DNA of 64,000 bases from an uncultured Verrucomicrobiae bacterium (GCA_963837955.1 CAWIPH010000002.1:1952001-2016000), one strand, 5' to 3'. Counted from the first letter of the stretch, positions 10,283-20,604 are shown. Notes: a model not told the origin generated them from the sequence alone. Translations and numbers: made by a program.

Positions 10283-10978
10283 ATGTTTTCGCTCCAAGCT
10301 TTTGCAACCACCGTCGCCCTCAATCCGTCAATAACCCTCTTGTCCGAATCCAAAAACATTTTACCGCTGCCAAGCTCAAGGTGGAGCGAACAAAATGTTC
10401 CCGGATTTGTCTTCATCGGAATGCGACAGGAACGAGTCCCCGTTCGTTTGGTGATTTTCGCCGAGGGTGAGGAAGAAGCGGGAAGCTTGGCCTTGCTGAA
10501 GCTATTACTGGACTTGGACCTGGCGCCGCTCCTGGCCCATGACTATGCCTTATTTTGCTATTTGGGCTTGCCGCGACTGGCTGAACTCCATCCTGAATTG
10601 ACGCGCTGGAACTTGCGCCGGGGCACGCGGGCTTTGCCGGAAGAACTACTGGACGCAGATGGCTTCATTGCAATTAGGGCCAATGATTCGGTTGGTGGTC
10701 TGCAGGTTGAGGCTTCGGATCGAACGATCGCTAACGAAGTAGCCTGGCCGGCTGTGGAACGGGCTCGCCGAATCCAGCCGTTAGATGCCGAACCGGTCCG
10801 GTGCGTCCATTCCGATGCTTGGTTTGGTTCTGAAGATCTGCCGCCCAATGCGTTCAAGTTAAAGATCCGAACACCGTGGATGGCAGAAGCCGAGGATCAG
10901 ATTGCCGCCATCGGCATCGCATTGAAAGAGATCCTCTTTCAATATCGCTCTCTCAGAAACTTCGCCAAGACGCTGTAG
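10283..10978 (+). CDS. Hypothetical protein, possibly degenerate M14 carboxypeptidase/succinylglutamate desuccinylase-like fold
   Basis: Segments PGFVFIG...VRLVIFAEGEEEAGSLAL and DGFIAIRAND resemble the M14 layout without the His ligands. Recognised by eye only. Confidence 0.45.
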   Translation: MFSLQAFATTVALNPSITLLSESKNILPLPSSRWSEQNVPGFVFIGMRQERVPVRLVIFAEGEEEAGSLALLKLLLDLDLAPLLAHDYALFCYLGLPRLAELHPELTRWNLRRGTRALPEELLDADGFIAIRANDSVGGLQVEASDRTIANEVAWPAVERARRIQPLDAEPVRCVHSDAWFGSEDLPPNAFKLKIRTPWMAEAEDQIAAIGIALKEILFQYRSLRNFAKTL

Positions 10979-10986
10979 CTTAAGGT

Positions 10987-11103
10987 GCGTAGCCTGATCC
11001 TCCTGGCTCAGGAATCCGGGGCGCTATTGGTCTGATAGCTCTCGATTTGGGGCTCTTTCACCCTCGCAGGCGCGTTCCCTGAGGCTTGAGCATCAGGCTA
11101 CGC
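10987..11103. repeat. GTAG-type REP doublet (family E)
   Basis: GCGTAGCCTGATCCTCCTGGCTCAGG...CCTGAGGCTTGAGCATCAGGCTACGC. Related copies at 3339, 4864-4891, 4910-4923, 21955 and 47983-48207. Confidence 0.8.
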
Positions 11104-11256
11104 TAAGAACCCTGCGCTGTATTAGGAAATCTAATAGTTGCACAAACCGAGATTTTGCGTTTATTTGCAACCCGCCAAGAACTAGGCGTCGAATAAGTAA
11201 GCAAGCTGAGCGTCCAATGAGTGACGTAATCAGGCTGCAGGGAGGAATAACAGAGT

Positions 11257-11382
11257 ATGAAGACAAAAACGCTATCGGACTATCCGTTATTGATCGGCGA
11301 ACTGATCAAACGTTCCGAAATACGTCGCCAGAAGAAAGAGCGCTGGAAGAATTTCTGGCACAGCGTTCGGTTGGTGAAATAG
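11257..11382 (+). CDS. Putative 41-aa basic small protein MKTKTLSDYPLLIGELIKRSEIRRQKKERWKNFWHSVRLVK
   Basis: GGAGG at 11241-11245, ATG 11257, TAG 11380-11382, and a terminator follows. Below the ORF track size cutoff. Confidence 0.55.
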   Translation: MKTKTLSDYPLLIGELIKRSEIRRQKKERWKNFWHSVRLVK

Positions 11383-11441
11383 CGCTGATCTCAGTACTAC
11401 CACCAGCGGCTTCTAAAGCGCGGTGGCACTTTAAATTGAAA

Positions 11442-11473
11442 AACCGGGCCCAAGGGGCCCGGTTCTTTTTTTT
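11442..11473 (+). terminator. Rho-independent terminator (possibly bidirectional, also serving bioF)
   Basis: AACCGGGCCC-AAG-GGGCCCGGTT stem followed by CTTTTTTT, with an A-run on the 5' side. Confidence 0.85.
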
Positions 11474-11596
11474 GTGCGAAGGGCGTGTGACCGCCTAGTA
11501 AACGCCAATGATGGGAGGGGTTTATTGCTCGCGACGCCAAGGAAAAGTCCAGGGCAAATGGAGGAATCCAGGCGAGGGATCGGGTCTGTTATGGTA

Positions 11597-12799
11597 TCAG
11601 GGGTCCTTCCCGGGAGACGAAAGCACCTTCTCTCCGAGGCTCGGGTTGCGGAAAATTCGGTTTAATAGACTCGTGAGGGCCGCGACTTCGTCCTGGGAGT
11701 GATTCGCGGAGAGCGTCAAGCGGAGTCGCGCAGAACCTTTGCTTACACTCGGGAAACGAATCGCCGGGACAAAAAATCCGTCCGCTTGAAGTTGATTCGC
11801 GATCTCCAAAGAGGTGTTCTCATCTCCGACAATCAGTGGGACGATTGGGCCCGGGAGCGAATCGGACGATAACTGAAGATCCCGCCGAACCCTTTCTATA
11901 TTGCCGTGGAGCAGGCCGCGAAGCAATTCGCCTTCCGCTGAATGAGCGATAGCCAGAGCTGCGGCCGCGGCCGCGGCTGTAGCCGGAGGAGGCGCGGTAG
12001 AAAAAATAAAGCTACGGGCTCGGTTGATCAGGAGGTCGATTAGATCACGCGTGCCAGCGATAAAGCCGCCGCTGCTTCCCAATGCTTTGCTTAAAGTACC
12101 CATCTGAACTTCAACGCGGTGACTAAGTCCTAAATGAGCGGCCAACCCTTTCCCTTCTGGTCCGATCACACCGGTGGCGTGAGCTTCGTCGAGAAAAAGA
12201 TTCGCTCCATACACATCTTTGAGTTCAACCAGTTCGCTCAAAGGTGAGTAGTCTCCATCCATACTGAATAGCGATTCCGTGACGATCCAAATCTTTGCGT
12301 TTGGACGACGGTCGCGCGCCCACCGCAGGATTTCTCTGAGCTTTGTTAAATCATTGTGGGGAATAACTCGCAGTTGAGCTCCCGACAGTCGGGCTCCGTC
12401 GATCAGACAGGCGTGCGCCAATTTGTCGAGAATGATAACGTCCTCCTTATTGGCAATGGCCGTGATTGCGCCGATGGCGGCCGCGTATCCGCTGCTAAAA
12501 GAAATTGCGGCCTCAGCACTTTTGAACGAAGCGAGCTGTTCTTCCAAAATCGTATGGGGTTTTAGCGTTCCGGTCACCAGACGCGAAGCAGCGGCGCCAA
12601 AACCAAATTTTTGGATTGCTTGGATCGCCGCCTCACGCACGGCAGCGTGTTGGGAGAGTCCCAAATAATCGTTGGAAGCAAAGTTAACCAGGCTCCTGTT
12701 TTGCGATTCCATTCGCGTACCGTCGACCATGTCGACCGTTCGGAGAGAGCGGCGAAGCGAGCTATCTTCGAGCTGCTGGAGTATCGTTTTGTACGACAT
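11597..12799 (-). CDS. bioF: 8-amino-7-oxononanoate synthase
   Basis: NFASNDYLGL, ASRLVTG, HACLIDG, TESLFSMDGD, DEAHA, GTLSKALG (PLP Lys) and ARLRLT. Confidence 0.92.
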   Translation of the reverse strand: MSYKTILQQLEDSSLRRSLRTVDMVDGTRMESQNRSLVNFASNDYLGLSQHAAVREAAIQAIQKFGFGAAASRLVTGTLKPHTILEEQLASFKSAEAAISFSSGYAAAIGAITAIANKEDVIILDKLAHACLIDGARLSGAQLRVIPHNDLTKLREILRWARDRRPNAKIWIVTESLFSMDGDYSPLSELVELKDVYGANLFLDEAHATGVIGPEGKGLAAHLGLSHRVEVQMGTLSKALGSSGGFIAGTRDLIDLLINRARSFIFSTAPPPATAAAAAAALAIAHSAEGELLRGLLHGNIERVRRDLQLSSDSLPGPIVPLIVGDENTSLEIANQLQADGFFVPAIRFPSVSKGSARLRLTLSANHSQDEVAALTSLLNRIFRNPSLGEKVLSSPGKDP

Positions 12800-12807
12800 T
12801 AGGACGC

Positions 12808-13476
12808 CTATTTCTTTTGCGGCGAAGGCTTCAGGAGTTTCTCCAGATCGGAATCAGTGGCAGCGCCAAGCGCCAAGGCCCGATAATAGTGTCTGCGGGC
12901 TAGCTCGAGCGCTGGAGGAGTTCGCTCGGTATAGATGATGGCGAGATTGAATTGCGCTTCCGCGTAATCCGGATCCAATTCGACAGCCTTGCGCAGCTCA
13001 TCTTCAGCTGCATCCAGCCAGCCGCGCTTTCGCATTAAGACACCAAGGTACATGTGCGCGTGCGCGTTCTTGGAGTCGAGATACACTGCCTGGCTGAGCG
13101 CGGCCATGGCGGCTTCGGGTTCGTCCTTGTTGTAGGTGACGATACCGAGCGTCAGCCAGGTCTGCGCAACTTCGGGGTCGAGGTGAACTGCTTGCCGGAG
13201 GCTTCGTTCGGCTTCGTCTAATTTACCGAGGCGATATTCAACCGAGCCGAGGTTGATCCAACCCATCGGGTGGTTCGGAACCATCTCGGTGACTTTCTGA
13301 AATGTTTTCTCCGCCTCATCGAATTTGCCGTCCCGAAATTCGGAAAGACCTTGCTCAATTGCGTTGTGCGCCTCTGGTGTGAGCATCGGCAGGGAGCTGG
13401 TATCTTCAGCTCGGAGAGAAATCGCCAGCAAAAACGTGGCACCCAATGCGAAAGCAGCGGATCGACGCCTAGCCAT
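12808..13476 (-). CDS. Secreted tetratricopeptide repeat protein
   Basis: Signal-peptide-like MARRRSAAFALGATFLLAISLRA followed by about 5 TPR units. Start 13476 has AAAGGA upstream. Confidence 0.85.
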   Translation of the reverse strand: MARRRSAAFALGATFLLAISLRAEDTSSLPMLTPEAHNAIEQGLSEFRDGKFDEAEKTFQKVTEMVPNHPMGWINLGSVEYRLGKLDEAERSLRQAVHLDPEVAQTWLTLGIVTYNKDEPEAAMAALSQAVYLDSKNAHAHMYLGVLMRKRGWLDAAEDELRKAVELDPDYAEAQFNLAIIYTERTPPALELARRHYYRALALGAATDSDLEKLLKPSPQKK

Positions 13477-13582
13477 GTCCTTTGCGGGCGCTTGAGTTCG
13501 GCCTAAAGAGTTCTGCATAGCAACGTCGATCAATCTTCCGCGCTCTGCCGGACGCGGCAACTCTACTGGGCGGATTAATCAA

Positions 13583-14383
13583 CTAACCGCGGCCGAGTTG
13601 TTGCGCACGCTCAGAGGCCGCCCGAACCGCAGACATCACGGTGTAGCGAAAGCCCCTGGCCTCAAGTGTCTCCAAGGCGGCCATGGTCGTACCCCCCGGG
13701 CTTGCAACCATTTCCCGTAGCTCCGCAGGGTGACGATTTGTTTGGCGAATCATTTGCGCTGAGCCAAACACAGTTTGGACAGCAAGCTCCAAAGCGATCT
13801 CTCGCGGCAAGCCCATCATAACGCCGCCATCCGCCAAGGCTTCTATAAAAGTAAAGACATAAGCGGGCCCGCTACCGCTAAGTCCGGTTACCGCATCAAG
13901 GGCTGCTTCGCGCACCCGGTGAACAATTCCGACGGACGAGAAAATCTTTTCCGCAATTTCCGCATCCTGCGGGGTAGCGTGATCTCCGACCGCGTACGCC
14001 GTCGCTCCCTGTCCAATCAACGAGGGGGTATTTGGCATGGCACGGACTAGCCGAGTTCGATGGCCAGCTGCATCTTGCAAATGGTCAAGGTCTATTCCCG
14101 CCGCCACTGAGATCAACAATTTGCCATCGAGCGACTGCCGCACCTCTCGCAGAAGTTGTAGGGAGTCGGTCGGCTTGGTTCCCAGGATAATGACGTCAGA
14201 TCGTTCTACGGCGTTCAGCGCATTCGGTGCGAGTTGAATGCCCAGCTTGGTAATCTCTTCATGCAACGCGTCGGGATGGCGATTGATCACCAAGATTTCC
14301 TCCGGTTTGCACGTGCCTGCTTTCAGCATGCCCTCGACGAGGGCGGATGCCATCTTCCCAAAGCCTAAGAATCCGAATATCAT
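13583..14383 (-). CDS. proC: Pyrroline-5-carboxylate reductase
   Basis: GFLGFGKMA, ISVAAG, RAMPNTP, TGLSGSGPAY and VASPGGTT. Confidence 0.96.
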   Translation of the reverse strand: MIFGFLGFGKMASALVEGMLKAGTCKPEEILVINRHPDALHEEITKLGIQLAPNALNAVERSDVIILGTKPTDSLQLLREVRQSLDGKLLISVAAGIDLDHLQDAAGHRTRLVRAMPNTPSLIGQGATAYAVGDHATPQDAEIAEKIFSSVGIVHRVREAALDAVTGLSGSGPAYVFTFIEALADGGVMMGLPREIALELAVQTVFGSAQMIRQTNRHPAELREMVASPGGTTMAALETLEARGFRYTVMSAVRAASERAQQLGRG

Positions 14384-14717
14384 GTGAGCGCTCGAAGTGA
14401 ACTAACCGGTGCGCAGGTCAGATGCAAGCCGTCCGGCGTCCAATCTAACGGATGGATACGATGTCGAATTGGTAGGGAGCAAGCCTAATCCGGCATCTCT
14501 GTTAACTAAGCGCTCGCGATTGGGATCGTACTTGGCCGTCAAGAGATGAAGAAAAGATGAAGAAATTGATCCCGGAGGGATACATTGAAAGTAGCCCAGC
14601 ACTTTAGTGCTGGGTAAAGTTTAAGAAAACGTGTCCGTCCCGCGAGGGACGATCGACCCCACTTGCGCTAGTAAAGTCATTGGAGGCCAATAACTGAACG
14701 TTTCGATCGTCCCTTCG

Positions 14718-16187
14718 GGGCTTGTCGGACTTTTCAATTGGGTAGCAGATCTGGTAAAAAGGTGGATGCCAGAGCGATATGTAGTCATTGATCGGCAGAC
14801 GCCGATGTTGTTGCCGGTCGATTTGCGAGATTGGGTGGCAAAGGATGATTTGGCGCGCTTGATAGCGGAGGCGGTCGATCAATGCGATCTACGGCTAGCT
14901 TGTACCAATGAGCGGGGTAGCGGTAGTGCGCAGTATCCGCCTGGAATGATGTTGGGCTTACTGATTTACGCTTATGCGCGAGGAGTATTTTCTTCCCGGC
15001 GCATCGAACAACTCAGTTACGAAAGCCTTTCGGTGCGTTACTTGTGTGGCAACACCCATCCGGATCACGATACCATCGCGAAGTTTCGGCGAGAGAACGG
15101 AGCGTTATTTCGAGAGTGTTTCCGTAGCGTGTTATTGTTGGCGCGGGAATTAGGATTGGTTCGAGTGGGCAAGCTAGCAGTGGATGGAACGCGACTGGAA
15201 GCCAACGCCAATCGCCATCGCTTCAGCACGCGGGAGCAATTAGAGCAAGAAAGGGCTCGAGTCGAAGAGCTCATTAGCGAGCTGATCCAACGAGGGGAAG
15301 CGGCTGATCAAGCTGAAGAGGGCGAAGCAGAGACTGAAGGCTTGCCAGCGGAGTTAGCCGATGGGCAAAAGCGCCGTAAGGCCATCAAAGAAGCTCTAGA
15401 GCGCATCAAGCAACGAGAAGCCCAGCAGCAAGCCGAAAAAGAGCAATTAGCCCAGAGCGGTCGTCAGAGCCAGGCCAAGGAGGTACGGATGAATTTGACC
15501 GATCCAGACTGTGGGATCTTACACCGTAAAGGGGCAGGTACAGTCATTGGCTATAACGCCCAAATTGGAGTCGATATCCAAGGTGCAGGCCTGATTGTGA
15601 CTAATGCCGTCAGTGCCAAAGGGGGCGACGCGGAGTTATTGAACCAAGTCCTTGAGCAGCTCGCTCCCGAGTTAGGAGCAGTAAAGGAAGTGGTCGTCGA
15701 TTGTGGCTATGAGAGCGGACCCAAAGCCTATGAGCTGGAAAAGAGCCTTGGCACCAAAGTCTATTATCCTCCCCGTCCGATCCAAGTCAGTGCTAGTGGA
15801 CCAAAACATCGCAACAGCCATAGGCAACGCTTGGCGCGACACATGCGTTATTTAATCAAAAAACGCATCGAGTCCCCCCACGGACAGTGGTTGCAACGTC
15901 GGCGCCAAACGGTAGCTGAGGGTGCTTTTGGTTTTATCAAACGCGCGTTGGGCTTTCAGCGCTTCAGTCTACGCGGCTTGCAAAAAGTTCAGACCGAATG
16001 GCAACTAGTCTGCTTGGCCTTTAACCTGCGCAAACTGGCCTAAAGAAAACAAAAAGGCTCTGCACCTACCCGCAGCTCCCTTCGCGGAAAATTACGGCTT
16101 ACCTCAAAGCTGATCGCAATCCTCCCCTTTACCGTCTCCCTTCCGCCAAAAAAAAGCGGAAAAAACATCACGAAGTCCGACGGCCCC
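14718..16187 (+). mobile_element. IS1182-family insertion sequence
   Basis: Imperfect TIRs GGGCTTGTCGGACTT / AAGTCCGACGGCCCC. Direct repeat CTTCG at 14713-14717 and 16188-16192 (4-5 bp TSD). Confidence 0.88.
14766..16043 (+). CDS. IS1182-family transposase
   Basis: DUF772-like YPPGMMLGLLIYAY..GVFSSRRIE, PDHDTIAKFRR, AVDGTRLEANA, TDPD, GYNAQ, DCGY and RRQTVAEGAFG..K..GF.RFSLRGL.KV..EW.L...AFNLRKL. Confidence 0.93.
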   Translation: MPERYVVIDRQTPMLLPVDLRDWVAKDDLARLIAEAVDQCDLRLACTNERGSGSAQYPPGMMLGLLIYAYARGVFSSRRIEQLSYESLSVRYLCGNTHPDHDTIAKFRRENGALFRECFRSVLLLARELGLVRVGKLAVDGTRLEANANRHRFSTREQLEQERARVEELISELIQRGEAADQAEEGEAETEGLPAELADGQKRRKAIKEALERIKQREAQQQAEKEQLAQSGRQSQAKEVRMNLTDPDCGILHRKGAGTVIGYNAQIGVDIQGAGLIVTNAVSAKGGDAELLNQVLEQLAPELGAVKEVVVDCGYESGPKAYELEKSLGTKVYYPPRPIQVSASGPKHRNSHRQRLARHMRYLIKKRIESPHGQWLQRRRQTVAEGAFGFIKRALGFQRFSLRGLQKVQTEWQLVCLAFNLRKLA

Positions 16188-16609
16188 CTTCGGGACGGGG
16201 CCGTCTTTGGTTCAATTCCCAGCAATAAATTGCTGGGCTACTTTCATTGTATCCCTCCGGGATCAGTTGTTTCATCCCTTAGCGTAACTGTGGGAGTAGA
16301 TAGCGACTCTTAGGTTGACGCCCCGGATGTATAACGGATTGGCTTGCGTCGTTTGCAGCAATATCTTATGGCATCCTTTTGTCGTGTTATGCCGCGCTGC
16401 AGAAGTGGCTACAGCCAGTTCAAACCGGTGCGAACTCTGAGGAGGCGAAACAGTAAATCCTCCTCGTGCTTCGGCCCAAAATAGATTAGGAATCTAATAT
16501 GGATCACGTAGCGGTTTCTGGAAAAACTGAAACCTTTCGTGAGGCGGAGGTGTTCTCCTCCCGTGGTCAGCTCGCATCCCCGCAAAGGTAACCGATCCCT
16601 CCCTGCGAC

Positions 16610-17953
16610 ATGAAAGCTTTGGAAGAGACGACGGATATGCACAAACAGGTTTCATCTCCCCCGAAAGTGATGGTCCGACCTAAGCGCCGCAAGTGGAGGC
16701 GCTGGGTTTTACTCGCCTTAGTCGTCCTGGCAATCGCTTCGATCGTTGTTCAATCCATCCAGGGCCCCGCTCCGATCGCGATTACGACCGATAAGGCAGC
16801 GTTACGAGATATCATTCAAACAGTGTCCGCTACTGGCAAGATCCGCCCCGAGGCCGAGGTAAAGATTTCGACTGAGGTTGCCGGCGAGATTATTGACCTA
16901 CCGGTAGTTGATGGACAGAACATTAAGCACGGCGATGTCCTGGTGAAGATCAAGCCGGATAACTACATTGCCAGCGTCCAACAATCGGAAGCATCGCTCA
17001 GCGCAGCCGAGGCTGATTGTCTGCAGCGAAAGTCGCAGATGCTCAATGATGAGCTCGATCTCCACCGGGCCCAGGATATTTACCAAAAGAAACTGCTGTC
17101 AGAAACTGACTTCAAGGCTGCGCAAACCAAGAGCGAAGTCTCCGCTGCCTCCTATCAGTCGGCTGTCCATCGGGTCGATCAGGCGCGGAGCGCCCTTGAT
17201 CAAGCCAAAGTGTTATTAGCCAAATGTGTGATCTACTCTCCGATCGACGGGACGGTTAGCGTGTTGAACAGTGAGCTAGGCGAGCGCGTCGTGGAAACTG
17301 GGAGTTTTGCTGGTACCGAAGTTATGCGGGTAGCAAACCTTGATGCGCTGGAGGCCCGGGTAGACGTGAACGAAAATGACGTTGTTAACGTCAAGCCCGG
17401 TGATCGAGTCCGGGTGCGCATCGATGCCTACCCTGGACACGAGTTTCACGGTGAGGTGAAACGGATCGCGAGTACCGCGACCGTCCAGAATCAGGGCACG
17501 CAACAAGAGGTCACAAACTTTGAGGTACGTGTACAGATCTTGCAACCGGATCGAAAGATTCGGCCAGGAATGAGTGCGAGCGTTGAGATCGAAACACAGA
17601 CTGTGCACAATGTGATCTCGATCCCGATTCAATCGGTGACGGTTCGCAGCAAGGATAGTGGGAAAACTGCGGAACAACTGAAGAATGATCGACTGAAGGA
17701 TCAAGGTGGGGTCTCGACGACCGATGCGGAGCGACTCAACCGGAAACGACTAGGGAGAGTCGTATTTATCAAGCAGGGGGATCAGGCTAAGCTGGTTCCG
17801 GTTGAATCGGGAATCGCCGACGATAACTATATCGAGATCCAATCCGGAATAAAACCTGGCGATGAGGTGGTCGCAGGATCGTACACTGCGATCAGCCGTG
17901 ATCTGAAAGACGGTTCCAAGGTAAAAATCGAACCGCCCAAGGATGTTAAGTAA
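16610..17953 (+). CDS. Efflux periplasmic adaptor subunit (MacA/HlyD-like)
   Basis: N-terminal TM segment, lipoyl halves ([18 protein letters not shown]) and [11 protein letters not shown]. Start may be 16637. Confidence 0.92.
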   Translation: MKALEETTDMHKQVSSPPKVMVRPKRRKWRRWVLLALVVLAIASIVVQSIQGPAPIAITTDKAALRDIIQTVSATGKIRPEAEVKISTEVAGEIIDLPVVDGQNIKHGDVLVKIKPDNYIASVQQSEASLSAAEADCLQRKSQMLNDELDLHRAQDIYQKKLLSETDFKAAQTKSEVSAASYQSAVHRVDQARSALDQAKVLLAKCVIYSPIDGTVSVLNSELGERVVETGSFAGTEVMRVANLDALEARVDVNENDVVNVKPGDRVRVRIDAYPGHEFHGEVKRIASTATVQNQGTQQEVTNFEVRVQILQPDRKIRPGMSASVEIETQTVHNVISIPIQSVTVRSKDSGKTAEQLKNDRLKDQGGVSTTDAERLNRKRLGRVVFIKQGDQAKLVPVESGIADDNYIEIQSGIKPGDEVVAGSYTAISRDLKDGSKVKIEPPKDVK

Positions 17954-18680
17954 TCTTTATCCCGGATCTGAGGAAGAATTGATGCGACCGAAGGGTAAGG
18001 TGGTCATCGAGATCACCGGCATTACCAAAGATTACCAGATGGGCCACACGCTGATTCAAGCGTTGCGCGGCGTAGACTTGCAGATCCACCGCAATGAGTA
18101 CTTAGCGATCATGGGTCCGTCGGGTAGCGGCAAATCGACGTTGATGAACATGGTCGGCTGTCTCGATACTCCGACTTCCGGCCATTACTTTTTCAATAGC
18201 AAGGATGTTGCGGCCATGGAGGATGATGAATTGGCCGAGATTCGAAATCGTGAAATCGGCTTTGTATTTCAGACCTTCAATCTGCTTCCACGCTCAACCA
18301 GTTTGCAGAACGTTGAACTCCCGCTGATTTACGCTGGTCTAGGCTCCGAGGAGCGCCTCCATCGAGCCGAAAATGCGCTCGAATCGGTTGGGTTGGCTGA
18401 TCGCATGTACCATAAACCCAGTGAGTTGTCGGGCGGACAGAGACAACGAGTCGCGATAGCGCGGGCTCTGGTGAACAATCCTTCCATTATCCTGGCCGAC
18501 GAACCGACCGGGAACTTGGATTCACGAACCGGCGAAGAGATCATGGCGCTCTTCGACACATTGTATGAATCCGGGAACACGATCGTTCTGGTGACACACG
18601 AAGAACAAATTGCTGACCACGCTCGTCGAATCGTTCGTTTGCGTGATGGATTGATCGAAAGTGATTTGGAGACGGGTTAA
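17943..18680 (+). CDS. ABC transporter ATP-binding protein (MacB/LolD-like)
   Basis: [35 protein letters not shown] and VTH. Confidence 0.95.
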   Translation: MLSNLYPGSEEELMRPKGKVVIEITGITKDYQMGHTLIQALRGVDLQIHRNEYLAIMGPSGSGKSTLMNMVGCLDTPTSGHYFFNSKDVAAMEDDELAEIRNREIGFVFQTFNLLPRSTSLQNVELPLIYAGLGSEERLHRAENALESVGLADRMYHKPSELSGGQRQRVAIARALVNNPSIILADEPTGNLDSRTGEEIMALFDTLYESGNTIVLVTHEEQIADHARRIVRLRDGLIESDLETG

Positions 18681-18834
18681 GGGGAGGAGAGAGGAGCTAG
18701 GATTTAGTATCTAGGAGTACTGAGGCCAAGCATTCCGTTTTTTCGCACGCACTAAATACAAAACTAAATACTGGATACTAGCTCCCTTCTCCTCGCTCCT
18801 GCTCCTGCCTGTCCAAAGGATTGCTCCAATAATC

Positions 18835-20088
18835 ATGCTCCGCATCTGGTTCGAGTTCACCGAAAGTTTCCGAATTGCCGGGCAACAGCTGGCGGCGAAT
18901 CGTACTCGCTCCTTTTTGACCACGCTGGGAGTGATCATTGGTATCATCGCCGTCACCCTGATGGGCACGGCAATCCGCGGTATCGATACGGGATTCGATA
19001 AGAGTATGGAGCTGCTCGGTGACGATGTGCTCTACGTTGAGCAGTGGCCGTGGACGGTGTCAGACGACTTTTGGATTTATCGAAATCGGCCCGACATTAA
19101 ATTAGCGATGGCCGATGAGCTCGATCGGTTGATCGAGGCAACCCCAAACTCGTTTCTCGGCAGAGCTATTGCGGCCCCCAGCACGATGGAGGCGGTCACT
19201 TTTGGGAAACGACAGGTCAGCGATGTCTACGTGATGGGCACCACGAGCGACTATACGACAATTGGTAATACCGATTGTAAGGTGGGCCGTTTTCTCAACG
19301 ATTGGGAAAGCCGCGGAGGACGCAACGTTTGTGTGATCGGGCTCGATATTGCTGAGTCGCTCTTCCCCGGGCAAGATCCATTAGACAAATTGGTGCGCGT
19401 GGGCGACCAGGAATTTCGAATAATCGGTGTGTTCGAACGTCAAGGTTCTTTCCTTGGACTATTCAGCTTTGACACTCAGGTCGTGATCCCGCTGGCGGCC
19501 TACGCCAAATACTTCAAAGCAAATGCCGAACACGCATCGATCCGCGTGAAGGTTAAAGATCGCAAGAGAATGGCAGAAGCTCGTGAGGAGTTGCGCGGTA
19601 CGTTCCGTCGGATCCGGGCTCTGTTGCCGGAACAGTCGGACAACTTTGAGATTAACGAGCAACAGGCGTTCCGGTCGGTGTTAGGTCCGGTAAAAGCGGG
19701 GCTGGCGATTGCCGGTTTGTTTATCACTGGATTAGCTCTCTTCGTTGGTGCGATCGGCATCATGAATATCACGTTTGTCAGCGTCAAAGAACGGACCCGG
19801 GAAATCGGAACCCGCAAAGCACTGGGGGCGCGCCGGCGCACGATCCTGCTTCAGTTTCTGATCGAGGCGGTTTCGATTTGTCTGGTCGGCGGCATAATAG
19901 GTTTGGGATTGGCTATCTCTCTATTTGTCATCGTTGCTAAAGCTTTTCCCTCCTTTCCGATTGTGTTCGCGCCTGAGCTGGTCGTAGTCGCGCTAATCGT
20001 TTCTGTCGTGACCGGAGTACTCTCCGGCTTTGCTCCTGCCTGGCAAGCATCGCGTCTAAGTCCCGTCGAGGCACTGAGGTATGAGTGA
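18835..20088 (+). CDS. MacB/FtsX-type ABC permease
   Basis: RSFLTTLGVIIG, GIMNITFVSVKERTREIGTRKALGA and PVEALRYE. Confidence 0.94.
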   Translation: MLRIWFEFTESFRIAGQQLAANRTRSFLTTLGVIIGIIAVTLMGTAIRGIDTGFDKSMELLGDDVLYVEQWPWTVSDDFWIYRNRPDIKLAMADELDRLIEATPNSFLGRAIAAPSTMEAVTFGKRQVSDVYVMGTTSDYTTIGNTDCKVGRFLNDWESRGGRNVCVIGLDIAESLFPGQDPLDKLVRVGDQEFRIIGVFERQGSFLGLFSFDTQVVIPLAAYAKYFKANAEHASIRVKVKDRKRMAEAREELRGTFRRIRALLPEQSDNFEINEQQAFRSVLGPVKAGLAIAGLFITGLALFVGAIGIMNITFVSVKERTREIGTRKALGARRRTILLQFLIEAVSICLVGGIIGLGLAISLFVIVAKAFPSFPIVFAPELVVVALIVSVVTGVLSGFAPAWQASRLSPVEALRYE

Positions 20089-20101
20089 GTGAAGCGGTAA
20101 C

Positions 20102-20134
20102 CAGTGATCAGTAATCAGTGATCAGTAATCAGTG
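20102..20134 (+). repeat. Heptamer tandem array (CAGTRAT)n, left flank of four-helix-bundle gene
   Basis: CAGTGAT CAGTAAT CAGTGAT CAGTAAT CAGTG. Confidence 0.9.
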
Positions 20135-20148
20135 GAGAGGAGAAGGAG

Positions 20149-20604
20149 ATGGAACAATTTGTTTACGCACGCAACTTTAGGGACCTGCTTGTCTACAAGC
20201 AGGCGTTCATTGTTTCTCGCAAAATTTTCAACTTCTCAAAGGATTTCCCGGAAGAGGAAAAATATGCGCTCACAAGCCAGATTCGAAGAGCGTCTCGATC
20301 GATCGGTGCAAACATTACCCAGGCTTGGGCCAAGCGAAAGTATGAACGCCATTTTGTTAGCAAACTTAGTGACGCCGATGGGGAACAAATGGAGTCACAA
20401 CATTGGGCGCGTGTTGCGTTCTCTTGCGGATACCTTGATGAATCAACGGCTCGCTTTCTAGTGGCGGATCTTGAAGAGATCGGTCGTCTACTGCAGGGCA
20501 TGATGGATAAAGCAGAGTCATTTTGCTCGGCACCAAGAATTGCCGACGGCAGTCCTCTTGTTGACGTTACAGATGTGGAGGATCCCCTGACCCCCGATTG
20601 GTGA
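20149..20604 (+). CDS. Four helix bundle protein (23S rRNA IVP / Avd-like, TIGR02436 type)
   Basis: FRDLLVYK, FPEEEKYALTSQIRRASRSIGANI, F..KLSDADGE..E..HW and CGYL. Strong AGGAGAAGGAG RBS. Confidence 0.92.
   Translation: MEQFVYARNFRDLLVYKQAFIVSRKIFNFSKDFPEEEKYALTSQIRRASRSIGANITQAWAKRKYERHFVSKLSDADGEQMESQHWARVAFSCGYLDESTARFLVADLEEIGRLLQGMMDKAESFCSAPRIADGSPLVDVTDVEDPLTPDW

Larger units (their letters stand above)
14567..16264. repeat. REPIN-like element (family A) interrupted by IS1182
   Basis: GATCCCGGAGGGATACATTGAAAGTAGCCCAGCA... at left and ...TGCTGGGCTACTTTCATTGTATCCCTCCGGGATC at right. Same architecture as the intact copies at 27287, 34731, 37513 and 42768. Confidence 0.85.

Noticed and set aside
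11217..11498. 93-aa ORF from the track
   Set aside because: It has no obvious RBS and crosses the terminator; the 41-aa ORF in another frame fits the signals better.
20149..20604. Diversity-generating retroelement suggested by the Avd-like fold
   Set aside because: No reverse transcriptase and no TR/VR pair with adenine-specific mismatches was seen in the window.
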